Source: an uncultured Pelagibacteraceae bacterium (GTDB lineage: Bacteria > Pseudomonadota > Alphaproteobacteria > Pelagibacterales > AG-422-B15). From it: a stretch of 64,000 nt of DNA. The notes beneath the pieces are model-generated. The model searched no databases and was not told where the DNA came from. It worked only from the letters and a program-made list of their open reading frames with translations. Within the stretch, counting starts at the first letter, position 1, and each line of letters begins with the position of its first letter. The stretch lies in the NCBI GenBank assembly GCA_902634045.1, contig CACPJE010000001.1, forward strand, positions 4,319-68,318, written 5' to 3'. Of this stretch, positions 19,589 through 28,880 are shown piece after piece. A program made the translations under genes and the position numbers.

Positions 19589-21358
19589 ATGGTTTATAAA
19601 GCACCTATTGAAGATTTTAAATATAACCTCGAGATGTTGGCTTATGACTCAGTAGTCTCAGATATAGATAAGTTTAAGGATTATGATTCTGAAACTTTAA
19701 TGAGTATTGTTAGCGAAATAGGACGTTTAAATGAGCAAGAAGCTTTATCTAGCAACAAAATTGGAGATAGAGAAGGTCTCAAATACATAACAGACGGCAA
19801 AGAAGGTCCCGAGGTTCAGACACCTGATAGCTACAAATCATTATATCAAATAGTAAGAGACTCAGGATATGTTGGCGCAACTATGCCATTAAAATATGGC
19901 GGTGGTGGGGCTCCTTTTACCACAGCAATACTATCAGGTGAGATTGGTATAGCCTCTAATATGGCTTTCTATATGGGTCCAGGTCTAAGCCATGGAGCCA
20001 TGAAGACTATTCTAAAGAAAGCTGATGACAAGCTCAAAGAAGCCTATCTGCCTAAAATGATTTCAGGTGAGTGGATGGGTACCATGTGTTTAACGGAGCC
20101 TCAATGTGGAACAGATTTAGGATTAATTAAATCCTCTGCAACACCTGTAGACGATCATTATATTTTGAACGGTCAAAAAATATGGATCTCGTTTGGTGAG
20201 CACGATTTAACTGAAAATATTATCCATCTTGTACTCGCTAGGCTTCCTGATGCACCTGAAGGTATTAAGGGTATAAGTTTATTTCTTGTACCAAAAAGGT
20301 TAGAGGATAATTCTCGTAATACTATTTTTTGTGGTGGGCTAGAGCATAAACTAGGAATTAATTCATCTCCCACTTGTGTGATGAATCTTGAAGATGCAAG
20401 AGGCTGGCTCGTTGGGGAAAAAAATAAAGGAATGGAAGCTATGTTTCTTATGATGAATGACGCAAGGCTTAAGGTTGGATTACAAGGAATAGCAATGTCT
20501 GAAATTTCCTATCAGAATGCCTTAGAGTTTGCAAAAGATAGAAGACAGATGAGATCTGTAGTTAAAGAGAAACAAGATAGTAGTAGCAAGGCTGATAATA
20601 TTATTGTTCACCCAGATGTAAGAAGAATGTTGATGAATGTTAAATCTACTACTGAGGCAATGAGAGCTTTATGTATTTATACAGCAATGAAAATTGATGT
20701 TGCTGAAGATCATCCAGATGAAGATGCCAGGCAATCAGCTGATGATTTTGCCGCTCTAATGACTCCCATCATCAAATCTTATTGCACCGAAAGAGGTTTT
20801 TTAAATTGTTCAGAGTCTTTGCAAATTCTTGGTGGAAGTGGATTTACTAAGGAATACCCTTTAGAGCAATATTTAAGGGACGTTAGAATTACATTAATCT
20901 ATGAGGGAACTAATGGCATACAAGCACTTGATTTAGTAGGTAGAAAATTGTCAATGCATCAAGGTCGGTTATTGCAGAATCTTCAAAAAGAAATTCAAGA
21001 TTTTATAAATGAGAATAAAGACAATGAAGATTTAAAGGATTTTATGAAACCATTAGAAGATTCTTTTAAAGAAGTTATGGCTTCAACTATGTGGTTAATG
21101 CAAAATGGATTAAAAGATCCTGAAAATGCACTCGCTTCTGCTTCAGACTATTTAAACTTACTTGCTCTTACTTCAATGACATATATGTGGGCAAGGATGG
21201 CAAAATTTTCTATTGGTAAGAATGAGCCAATTCATAAAAATAAAATTAAAACGGGCAAGTACTTTATGGAAAAAGTAATGCCTGAGCTATTTATGTATTC
21301 CAAAAAAGTACAAGCTGGAAAATCTTCAATGATGGATATGGAAGTAGCTGAGTTTTAA
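19589..21358 (+). CDS. Acyl-CoA dehydrogenase, long form with C-terminal extension
   Basis: 589 aa. ACAD core (GTMCLTEPQCGTDLG, IYEGTNGIQALDL) plus an extra C-terminal domain. Confidence 0.88.
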   Translation: MVYKAPIEDFKYNLEMLAYDSVVSDIDKFKDYDSETLMSIVSEIGRLNEQEALSSNKIGDREGLKYITDGKEGPEVQTPDSYKSLYQIVRDSGYVGATMPLKYGGGGAPFTTAILSGEIGIASNMAFYMGPGLSHGAMKTILKKADDKLKEAYLPKMISGEWMGTMCLTEPQCGTDLGLIKSSATPVDDHYILNGQKIWISFGEHDLTENIIHLVLARLPDAPEGIKGISLFLVPKRLEDNSRNTIFCGGLEHKLGINSSPTCVMNLEDARGWLVGEKNKGMEAMFLMMNDARLKVGLQGIAMSEISYQNALEFAKDRRQMRSVVKEKQDSSSKADNIIVHPDVRRMLMNVKSTTEAMRALCIYTAMKIDVAEDHPDEDARQSADDFAALMTPIIKSYCTERGFLNCSESLQILGGSGFTKEYPLEQYLRDVRITLIYEGTNGIQALDLVGRKLSMHQGRLLQNLQKEIQDFINENKDNEDLKDFMKPLEDSFKEVMASTMWLMQNGLKDPENALASASDYLNLLALTSMTYMWARMAKFSIGKNEPIHKNKIKTGKYFMEKVMPELFMYSKKVQAGKSSMMDMEVAEF

Positions 21359-22546
21359 TTAAGATTTATATCCTAACTGTCTTGCAGCTAAGTCATACAT
21401 TATCTCTTCAGAACCACCACCAATGGCATTCACTCTGACTTCCCTATAAATCCTTTCAACCCTTCCAGGTCCACTGTTAGCTCTTATATACCCAGCACCA
21501 CCCAATATTTGCATTGCTTCTCTTGCGCATAATTCCATCGCCTTACTTGCATGCACTTTAAGCATTGCAAGATCTGCTATTGGACTTTCACCATTCATTA
21601 CTCTCCAAGATAAAAGTTCAGTCCAAGCCTTAGAAGTCCTAACAAGTCTTGTCATTTCAACAAGCTTATGTTTGATCACTTGATTATCAATCAATGGTTT
21701 TCCAAATGTTTTTCTATCTCTGGCCCATGTTAATGCTTCATCAATGCATATTTGAGAGTAGGCATTCATTCCTGCAGCCATCCCGAGTCTTTCTTGACTG
21801 AAGTTACTCATAACTCCAATCCATCCACTATTTTCACCACCAATTAAGTTTTCAACTGGTACTTTACAATCATCAAAGTAAAGCACAGCAGTATCAGAGC
21901 TGAGCCAGCCCATTTTTTTAAGAGGTGTCTGAGTAAAGCCCGGTGTACCTTTTTCAATCACAAATACCGATATTCCTGAAGCTCCCTCTCCACCAGTTCT
22001 GACGCCAACAACAAAAGTATCTGCTCTCATTCCACTTGTAATATACATTTTTGAACCATTTATTATGAAATGATCTCCTTGTCTTACGGCCCTAGTCTTT
22101 AAACTAGCAACGTCTGATCCCCCCGAAGGCTCTGTCATGCCAAGTGCAGCAATTTTTTCACCTTTTACAACCGGTGGAATATACTTTTCTTTCTGCTCTT
22201 CAGTTCCAAGTGCTTGGATTAATGGAATAGCAATGTTATGAGATAGTAAGCTTGCAGCTACACCCCCACAACCTTGAGCAAATTCTTCAGCAGTTACAAT
22301 GCCATGAAAAATATCAATACCTTCTTTTGTTCCACCATATTGTTCATCATAGCCCATTCCCATGAGACCAATAGCTGCTGCTTTCTTATATAATTCTCTT
22401 GGAAACTCTCCAGCTTCTTCCCATTCTTCAACATGTGGAACTATTTCTTTGCTGACAAATTTTTTAACTTCTTCTCTCCAAGCGTGATGAGAATCATTAT
22501 AAAATAAAGGATCTTTTCCCTCACTTATTCCTACTTTAGGTATCAT
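21359..22546 (-). CDS. Acyl-CoA dehydrogenase
   Basis: 395 aa with GMTEPSGGSDV and a C-terminal ACAD helical domain. ATGA overlap with the upstream MaoC-like gene. Confidence 0.9.
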   Translation of the reverse strand: MIPKVGISEGKDPLFYNDSHHAWREEVKKFVSKEIVPHVEEWEEAGEFPRELYKKAAAIGLMGMGYDEQYGGTKEGIDIFHGIVTAEEFAQGCGGVAASLLSHNIAIPLIQALGTEEQKEKYIPPVVKGEKIAALGMTEPSGGSDVASLKTRAVRQGDHFIINGSKMYITSGMRADTFVVGVRTGGEGASGISVFVIEKGTPGFTQTPLKKMGWLSSDTAVLYFDDCKVPVENLIGGENSGWIGVMSNFSQERLGMAAGMNAYSQICIDEALTWARDRKTFGKPLIDNQVIKHKLVEMTRLVRTSKAWTELLSWRVMNGESPIADLAMLKVHASKAMELCAREAMQILGGAGYIRANSGPGRVERIYREVRVNAIGGGSEEIMYDLAARQLGYKS

Positions 22547-23391
22547 GCTATTTCACTTACTCCATTTTTTAATATTATTTTATCTCTTTCCTTCACTTTT
22601 GATTGAAAATTAATTACATTTTCTTTCTTCCACATCTCAGTAATAATTGTTTCACCAGGAAATACAGGTGAAGAAAATCTACAATTAAAGCTTTTTAATT
22701 TTTTAACATCATTCTCACAAGCTGATTTAACTATTGATCTACAGGCAACACCATAAGTGCACAATCCATGAAGAATTGGCTTTGGAAAACCTGCCGCTTT
22801 TGCAAAGTTTGGATCAGAGTGTAACGGATTGTAATCCCCAGATAGTCTGAAGATAAGTGCTTGATCAGGTTTAGTAGTAATTTCATCAACCATATCTGGT
22901 GATCCTTCTGGGTCAAAGATTTCTTGGGATGGTGATTCCGGTCCACCAAATCCTCCATCACCTCTAGCAAATGTAGTACTAACTAGTTTACAAATTTCAG
23001 TTCCATCACTTTTTAATTTAACTGTAGTTTCAACATCTATAATTGCTCCTTTAGATGCACCCTTATCAAAACAATTTAAAACTTTCATATCAGCAAGGAA
23101 ATCTCCAGATACAGGTATAGGGTTAATTATTGAAAGTTTTTGTTCGCCATGAACCACCATTACAAAATTAAGTTTTGCAGACATCAGTAATGATGAATGA
23201 TATTGAAAGTTTGTTGCCATTGAAGGAAGAGCAATTTGTCCATTCTCATAAACATATTTTAGCTCTTCTAAATCCATAGGGTCATTACCCAATCCAACGC
23301 CTAATCCATAAAGAATTGAATCTTTGTCAGTATAAGAAATCTCAATATTCTCACTTTTAAGAGACATTATTTCATCATAATTAATAGGCAT
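22543..23391 (-). CDS. MaoC-like (R)-specific enoyl-CoA hydratase, double hot-dog
   Basis: 282 aa with the hydratase-2 motif SGDYNPLHSDPNFAKAAGF. Confidence 0.85.
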   Translation of the reverse strand: MPINYDEIMSLKSENIEISYTDKDSILYGLGVGLGNDPMDLEELKYVYENGQIALPSMATNFQYHSSLLMSAKLNFVMVVHGEQKLSIINPIPVSGDFLADMKVLNCFDKGASKGAIIDVETTVKLKSDGTEICKLVSTTFARGDGGFGGPESPSQEIFDPEGSPDMVDEITTKPDQALIFRLSGDYNPLHSDPNFAKAAGFPKPILHGLCTYGVACRSIVKSACENDVKKLKSFNCRFSSPVFPGETIITEMWKKENVINFQSKVKERDKIILKNGVSEIA

Positions 23392-23409
23392 TTTTTATGT
23401 ATTTTCCTG

Positions 23410-23455
23410 CGCTTTAAATATATATATAGTCTATATAGATCATTTATTTAAAGCG
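23410..23455. promoter_or_regulatory. 11-bp perfect inverted repeat (CGCTTTAAATA-N24-TATTTAAAGCG) in a divergent promoter
   Basis: Arms at 23410-23420 and 23445-23455 are exact reverse complements. The repeat spans most of the 74-nt spacer between the maoC-like and enoyl-CoA hydratase genes. The AT-rich centre carries TATATAG-type -10-like boxes on both strands. Confidence 0.5.
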
Positions 23456-23465
23456 AGAAAAAAAT

Positions 23466-24320
23466 ATGTCAAAACCTTTTGATGTTGAAATAAATAATTC
23501 AATTGCTCATATTAGGTTTAATAGACCTGAAAAAAGAAACTCAATGAATGAAGATTTTTGGAATCTCTTTCCAAAAGAAGTTGAGGAACTTGATGATAGT
23601 GGAGAAATCAGAGCTTTAATTGTATCTTCAACTGGCCCACATTTTTCATCAGGAATAGATTTAAATATGTTTAAGGATGATGTTGTTGAAGATGAAAGTA
23701 AACATGAGCTTGGTAGAAGCAGAGGGTATTTTATACAACAGTTACATTATTTACAAAATGCTGCCAGTTGTTTGGAAGCGGCACGTTTTCCAGTTATTGC
23801 AGCTATTCAGGGAGGATGTATAGGAGGAGGAATAGATTTAGTAACGGCAGCTGATATGAGAATATGTACAAAAGATGCATTTTTTTTAATAGAAGAAATT
23901 AATGTAGGACTTGCCGCAGATATAGGAACTATTCAGAGGCTACCAAAAATTATTCCAGCTGGAATTGCAAGAGAATGGACTATGATGGGCGAAAAGGTCT
24001 CTGCAGACAGAGCAAAAGAAGTTGGCCTTGTTAGTTCATTACATGAAAATCAAGAGGAAATGTTGAAGAGTGCTTTTGAAACTGCTGAAAAACTTGCCTC
24101 TAAAACGCCATTAGCTATGTGGGTGACGAAAGAAGTTTTAAACTATTCCCGTGACCATTCAGTTAAAGAAGGTCTTGAAAATGTAGCTTTGTGGAATGCT
24201 GCCATGCTTCATAAAGAAGATGTGATGACAACAATGATGTCAAAAATGCAAAAGAAAAAGCCAGAATATAGAAATCTAAGGGATAAGAACTTTTTAAAGC
24301 ATAAATCTAATAAGAAATAA
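23466..24320 (+). CDS. Enoyl-CoA hydratase/isomerase (crotonase family, dienoyl-CoA isomerase-like)
   Basis: 284 aa with oxyanion-hole segments FSSGIDL and GGCIGGGIDL. Confidence 0.88.
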   Translation: MSKPFDVEINNSIAHIRFNRPEKRNSMNEDFWNLFPKEVEELDDSGEIRALIVSSTGPHFSSGIDLNMFKDDVVEDESKHELGRSRGYFIQQLHYLQNAASCLEAARFPVIAAIQGGCIGGGIDLVTAADMRICTKDAFFLIEEINVGLAADIGTIQRLPKIIPAGIAREWTMMGEKVSADRAKEVGLVSSLHENQEEMLKSAFETAEKLASKTPLAMWVTKEVLNYSRDHSVKEGLENVALWNAAMLHKEDVMTTMMSKMQKKKPEYRNLRDKNFLKHKSNKK

Positions 24321-24362
24321 TATACTATCAAAAACAATTTAATTTTTAATCTCGGGTAAAAT

Positions 24363-25235
24363 ATGAGATACAAAAAAGGTATTATTCTTGCTGCAGGTAA
24401 AGGTACAAGATTATCTCCCTCAACTAAAATTATATCTAAGCCTTTCCTACCTGTTTTTGATAAGCCAATGATTTATTATGCATTATCAACTTTGATGAAT
24501 GCTGGTGTTAAGAAAGTTTTATTTATTACTAGAGAGGAAGACTTAGTATCTTTTAAAAAGTTATTTGGAAATGGTACACAGCTTGGTATGAGATTTTTTT
24601 ATGCAATTCAAAAAAAACCAGTTGGAATACCTGATGCAATGATTGTTGGATCTAGATTTATTGGAAAGGATCCTTTCATACTGGCTCTGGCAGACAATAT
24701 TTTTGTAGGCAAAACGTTTAAAAAAACCTTATCGTCAATTCAAAAATTAAAATCAGGAGCTGCTGTAGTTTCTGTTAAAACTAATAACCCAACTAAGTCA
24801 GCAGTTATTGAAACCAATAGAAATGGTATCATTAAGTCTATAACAGAAAAACCAAATAAGCCTAAAAGCAAAGATACAATTCCCGGGCTATATTTTTATG
24901 ATAAAAATTCAGTTCAATATTCAAAAGAACTTAAACCTTCTGATAGAGGAGAGTTAGAAATTGTTGATGTTCATAAGAATTATTTAAATAACGGTGAATT
25001 AAAAGTTTTTCCTCTTAAGAATGATGTTAAATGGTATGACACTGGAGATGCTGAAGAGATGTTAACAGCCTCTAACTTTATCTCAAAATATCAAAGTCAG
25101 AAAAAAAGATTAATAGGATCAATTGAATTATTGGCTTTAGAGAATAAATGGATTTCAAAAAAACAATTTAGTACACTAATCCAAAATATACCCAATTCAC
25201 AATATAAAGAAACGCTTAAGAAAAAGTTAAAGTAG
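24363..25235 (+). CDS. Sugar-1-phosphate nucleotidylyltransferase (RmlA/RfbA-like)
   Basis: 290 aa with the N-terminal motif LAAGKGTRLSPST and the size and layout of glucose-1-phosphate thymidylyltransferase. No rmlBCD genes are nearby. Confidence 0.82.
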   Translation: MRYKKGIILAAGKGTRLSPSTKIISKPFLPVFDKPMIYYALSTLMNAGVKKVLFITREEDLVSFKKLFGNGTQLGMRFFYAIQKKPVGIPDAMIVGSRFIGKDPFILALADNIFVGKTFKKTLSSIQKLKSGAAVVSVKTNNPTKSAVIETNRNGIIKSITEKPNKPKSKDTIPGLYFYDKNSVQYSKELKPSDRGELEIVDVHKNYLNNGELKVFPLKNDVKWYDTGDAEEMLTASNFISKYQSQKKRLIGSIELLALENKWISKKQFSTLIQNIPNSQYKETLKKKLK

Positions 25236-25735
25236 TGAAAACTAAGCCTGATTTACTGCAAATGTTAAAAAAGGAAAGTATTGATTTTTCTATAACTGAG
25301 CATGAGCCACTTTTTACCGTTGAAGATTCAAAGTTAATGAGAGGTAAAATTGAAGGAGGTCATTCAAAAAATTTATTTCTTAAAGATCAAAAAGAAAATT
25401 TTTTTCTTATTACTTTTATTGAAGATATAACTGCAGACTTAAAGCGGTTACCTGATGCTCTAAATTCAAAAAAACTCTCATTTGCTAAACCAAAATATCT
25501 AAAGGAATTAATGGGAATTGAGCCAGGGTCTGTTTCTCCATTTGGATTAATAAATGATGATCAAAGAAAAATTAATTTTTTTTTTGATGAGGCCTTCTTG
25601 AAATTTGAAATAGCAAATTTTCATCCACTTGTGAATACTGCAACTGTTTCAATTTCTCCAAAAGACTTAATTGATTTTATCAAAAAATTTCATAGAGAGG
25701 TTAATATGATAAATATGAATGAGTTTCAAAAATGA
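25235..25735 (+). CDS. YbaK/ProX-type aminoacyl-tRNA editing domain protein
   Basis: 166 aa. The GTG start shares 1 nt with the upstream TAG. Motifs HSKNLFLKD and GSVSPFGL. Confidence 0.78.
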   Translation: MKTKPDLLQMLKKESIDFSITEHEPLFTVEDSKLMRGKIEGGHSKNLFLKDQKENFFLITFIEDITADLKRLPDALNSKKLSFAKPKYLKELMGIEPGSVSPFGLINDDQRKINFFFDEAFLKFEIANFHPLVNTATVSISPKDLIDFIKKFHREVNMINMNEFQK

Positions 25736-26265
25736 AACTTAAAAAAGCCAAATTTCTCAAAACTAAAAGAACGATTAAAGGAAAAGTTTTTAATCTTAAA
25801 TTAGATGAAGTAATGTGGGTTAATGGTAAGAAGTTAACAAGGGAATTGATTGAACACAGTGGTATTACTTCAATTGTTCCTATTATAGATGATTCTTATA
25901 TTGTTCTTTTGAAACAATATAGATATGGAGCTAACGACATTGTATTAGAGGTACCTGCAGGTACGATTGATAAAGGTGAAAGGCCATTGGCCTGTGCAAA
26001 GAGGGAATTGATTGAGGAAACAGGATATCTTGGAAAGAAATGGAAATTAGTTGGAAAATATTTTCCTACTCCGGCATATAATAGCTGTGTTGTTTATAGT
26101 TACGTTACTGAATGTTTTAAGAAATCTGATACAAAACCAGATCCAGATGAGATTTTAGAAACAGTTATTTATTCGAAAAAAGAGGTAAAAAAAATGTTGG
26201 CAGAAAATAAAATTAGAGATATGAAAACTTATATATCTCTTGATCAGTACTTTAGGAATTATTGA
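25732..26265 (+). CDS. NUDIX hydrolase (ADP-ribose pyrophosphatase-like)
   Basis: 177 aa with Nudix box GTIDKGERPLACAKRELIEETG. ATGA overlap with the upstream gene. Confidence 0.85.
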   Translation: MKLKKAKFLKTKRTIKGKVFNLKLDEVMWVNGKKLTRELIEHSGITSIVPIIDDSYIVLLKQYRYGANDIVLEVPAGTIDKGERPLACAKRELIEETGYLGKKWKLVGKYFPTPAYNSCVVYSYVTECFKKSDTKPDPDEILETVIYSKKEVKKMLAENKIRDMKTYISLDQYFRNY

Positions 26266-26696
26266 TTTAGTATTTTCCAAATTCCAGATGCAGATAATAT
26301 AACTTTATCAGAAGACATCAAACTGCCATCAATAAAAACTAAAGATCGAGTAGTTTTAGTTACTTTGGCCTCACATTCAATAATATCATCCTGTAAACCT
26401 GGACTTACAAAATTACAATTTAATGAAACAGTGCTAGTAGGCTTTTTACCACATGATACAAAGGCTAAAGTTCCAAAGAAGATATCAGTTAGAGACATGG
26501 AAAATCCTCCATGAGCAATTCCGTGAGCATTTAAGTGTTTATCTAAAATTTTTGAAATGAATTTAAATTCACCTGACTCATCTTTTTTATAATACATAGG
26601 ACCGATCAGAACATCAAAACCTGCATGCCAGCCTAATTTACGATAACCTTCAGGTACCCATGTTGGAGTAGAAGTTTCAGATTTTAACATTACCAT
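26259..26696 (-). CDS. PaaI-family hot-dog thioesterase
   Basis: 145 aa with AHGIAHGGFSMSL, typical of PaaI/4HBT-II thioesterases. Confidence 0.78.
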   Translation of the reverse strand: MVMLKSETSTPTWVPEGYRKLGWHAGFDVLIGPMYYKKDESGEFKFISKILDKHLNAHGIAHGGFSMSLTDIFFGTLAFVSCGKKPTSTVSLNCNFVSPGLQDDIIECEAKVTKTTRSLVFIDGSLMSSDKVILSASGIWKILNQ

Positions 26697-26887
26697 ATCG
26701 AATCCATAGAAGTTCTAAAAGACAGCATTATTAGACTCCAAAGAGATTAGGGTCAAGAATAATGTACTAAAAAATTGTTAGTTTTTATGTAAATTTAATA
26801 GAATTAACTTTTAATTATTATTTAAAAAATTAACTTTTTTTTTCAACTAAAAACTATATATCTAATGTTTTAAAAGGAAAAATTCAT

Positions 26888-28069
26888 ATGAGAGAAGCTG
26901 CAATTATATCTACAGCAAGAACTGGTTTAGCAAAAGCAATGAGAGGTGGATTTAATAAAACCCATGGTATTACTATGGGTGGTCACACCGTTAAGCACGT
27001 TATTGAAAGAGCAGGTATCGAATCTGGTGAAGTTGAAGATGTTATATTTGGTTGTGGTCAACCGGAGGGTGCAACAGGACACAATATTGGAAGAAATGTT
27101 GCTATAGCTGGTGGATGCCCAGTCACTGTTCCTGGAACAACAATTAATAGATTTTGCTCTTCTGGCCTACAATCGATAGCTGTCGCAGCTCAGAGAATAA
27201 TTGTAGATGGAATTAAAGTTGCAATAGGTGGAGGAGTTGAATCAATTTCGATGACCCAACAAAATATGAATATGAAACATTTAATTGAGCCAGAGCTTCA
27301 AAAAATTTGCCCTGCCTTATGGATGCCCATGATCAATACAGCTGACGTAGTTGCTGATCGATATAAAGTAAGCAGGGAGTATCAAGATGAATATTCTTTA
27401 CAAAGTCAGCAAAGAACTGCTGCTGCACAAACTGAAGGTAAGTTTAAAGATGAAATTGTTCCTCTAGCAACAAAGATGGACGTTATGAATAAAGAAACAA
27501 AAGAAGTTTCTGAGCAAGAAGTTACTGTTGATAAAGATGAATGTAATCGTCCTCAAACTACAATTGAAAGTTTAGCTGGGTTGCAACCTGTGATGGGACC
27601 AGATAAATATATTACTGCAGGTAATGCTAGTCAGCTTTCTGATGGTGCATCCTCGTGTTTGTTAATGGATGCCAAAGAAGCAGAAAAAAGAAATATTGAA
27701 CCAATGGGAATTTTTAGAGGATTATCTGTTGCCGCATGTGAGCCTGATGAAATGGGAATTGGACCAGTTTTTGCAGTTCCTAAACTTTTAGAACAACATG
27801 GTTTAAAAGTTGATGACATTGATTTATGGGAATTAAATGAGGCTTTTGCTGTTCAGGTTCTATATTGTAGAGATAAACTTGGGATTGATAATGAAAAGTT
27901 GAATGTCAATGGAGGATCAATTTCAATTGGACATCCATATGGAATGACTGGATCACGAATGACTGGCCATTTACTTATAGAAGGTAAAAGAAGAAAAGCT
28001 AAATATGGTGTAGTTACAATGTGTGTTGGCGGGGGAATGGGAGCCGCTGGATTATTTGAAATTTTATGA
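26888..28069 (+). CDS. Acetyl-CoA C-acyltransferase (3-ketoacyl-CoA thiolase)
   Basis: 393 aa with NRFCSSGLQ (active-site Cys), GHPYGMTG and CVGGGMG. Confidence 0.93.
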   Translation: MREAAIISTARTGLAKAMRGGFNKTHGITMGGHTVKHVIERAGIESGEVEDVIFGCGQPEGATGHNIGRNVAIAGGCPVTVPGTTINRFCSSGLQSIAVAAQRIIVDGIKVAIGGGVESISMTQQNMNMKHLIEPELQKICPALWMPMINTADVVADRYKVSREYQDEYSLQSQQRTAAAQTEGKFKDEIVPLATKMDVMNKETKEVSEQEVTVDKDECNRPQTTIESLAGLQPVMGPDKYITAGNASQLSDGASSCLLMDAKEAEKRNIEPMGIFRGLSVAACEPDEMGIGPVFAVPKLLEQHGLKVDDIDLWELNEAFAVQVLYCRDKLGIDNEKLNVNGGSISIGHPYGMTGSRMTGHLLIEGKRRKAKYGVVTMCVGGGMGAAGLFEIL

Positions 28070-28437
28070 TTGATTCAATTAAATTATTAGAAAAAGTCGT
28101 ACTTGTAATCATTGCAATAGCTACGATTATAGCGATTGGTTATGAAATTAGCGAAATGTATGCTGAGCTAAGCGTTGAATTAGCAGATCTTCTTTTATTA
28201 TTTATATATTTAGAAGTTATACAAATGATCAGGGAATATTGGACACTTAATAGGATTAGAATCAGTATTCCACTTTTTATTGCTATTACTGCAATAGCTA
28301 GACTTATTATTTTACAAGGTAAGTCAATGGATCCTAGTATGCTTCTATATGAAGGTGGAGCTATCTTACTTATTGCAATAGCAGTTTTAATTCTAAAAGC
28401 TAGAAAGATACAAATGTTTGCTGACTCAGACGAATGA
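28066..28437 (+). CDS. Small 4-TM membrane protein, PsiE-like
   Basis: 123 aa with four hydrophobic helices. ATGA overlap with the thiolase stop. The PsiE-family resemblance is recalled only. Confidence 0.55.
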   Translation: MIDSIKLLEKVVLVIIAIATIIAIGYEISEMYAELSVELADLLLLFIYLEVIQMIREYWTLNRIRISIPLFIAITAIARLIILQGKSMDPSMLLYEGGAILLIAIAVLILKARKIQMFADSDE

Positions 28438-28880
28438 GATTAGTTAAGAACATAATAAATAATTCACATTATTTACTTCTACTATTCGCATTAATTTTTA
28501 TTTTTATAGGAAATTCATTTGCAATTACTATAGATGAAGAAAATGAAATAAAATCTATTGTAAATCAGCAACTCGAAGCTTTTAAAAATGATGATTTTGA
28601 AAAAGCTTATTCTTTTGCATCCCCTACAATCAAAAAAATGTTTAGTTCGCCTGAAGTTTTTAGAAAAATGGTTATCGGTGGATATCAAGCTGTCTATAGA
28701 CCTCAGAGTATCAAAATAGGATCAGTTGAAATAATCAAAGGGGTAGCAACACTTAAGGTTTATCTTGTCGATCCAAATGGAGAATTTGTAACTGCTAATT
28801 ATTTAATGGAACAACAAGAAGATGGGGAATGGTTAATAGGTGGGTGTATTCTATCTAAAGCTGAAAGTGATGAGATTTAA
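28434..28880 (+). CDS. Secreted protein of unknown function (DUF4864/NTF2-like)
   Basis: 148 aa with an N-terminal signal-like hydrophobic segment. ATGA overlap with the upstream gene. Confidence 0.5.
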   Translation: MRLVKNIINNSHYLLLLFALIFIFIGNSFAITIDEENEIKSIVNQQLEAFKNDDFEKAYSFASPTIKKMFSSPEVFRKMVIGGYQAVYRPQSIKIGSVEIIKGVATLKVYLVDPNGEFVTANYLMEQQEDGEWLIGGCILSKAESDEI

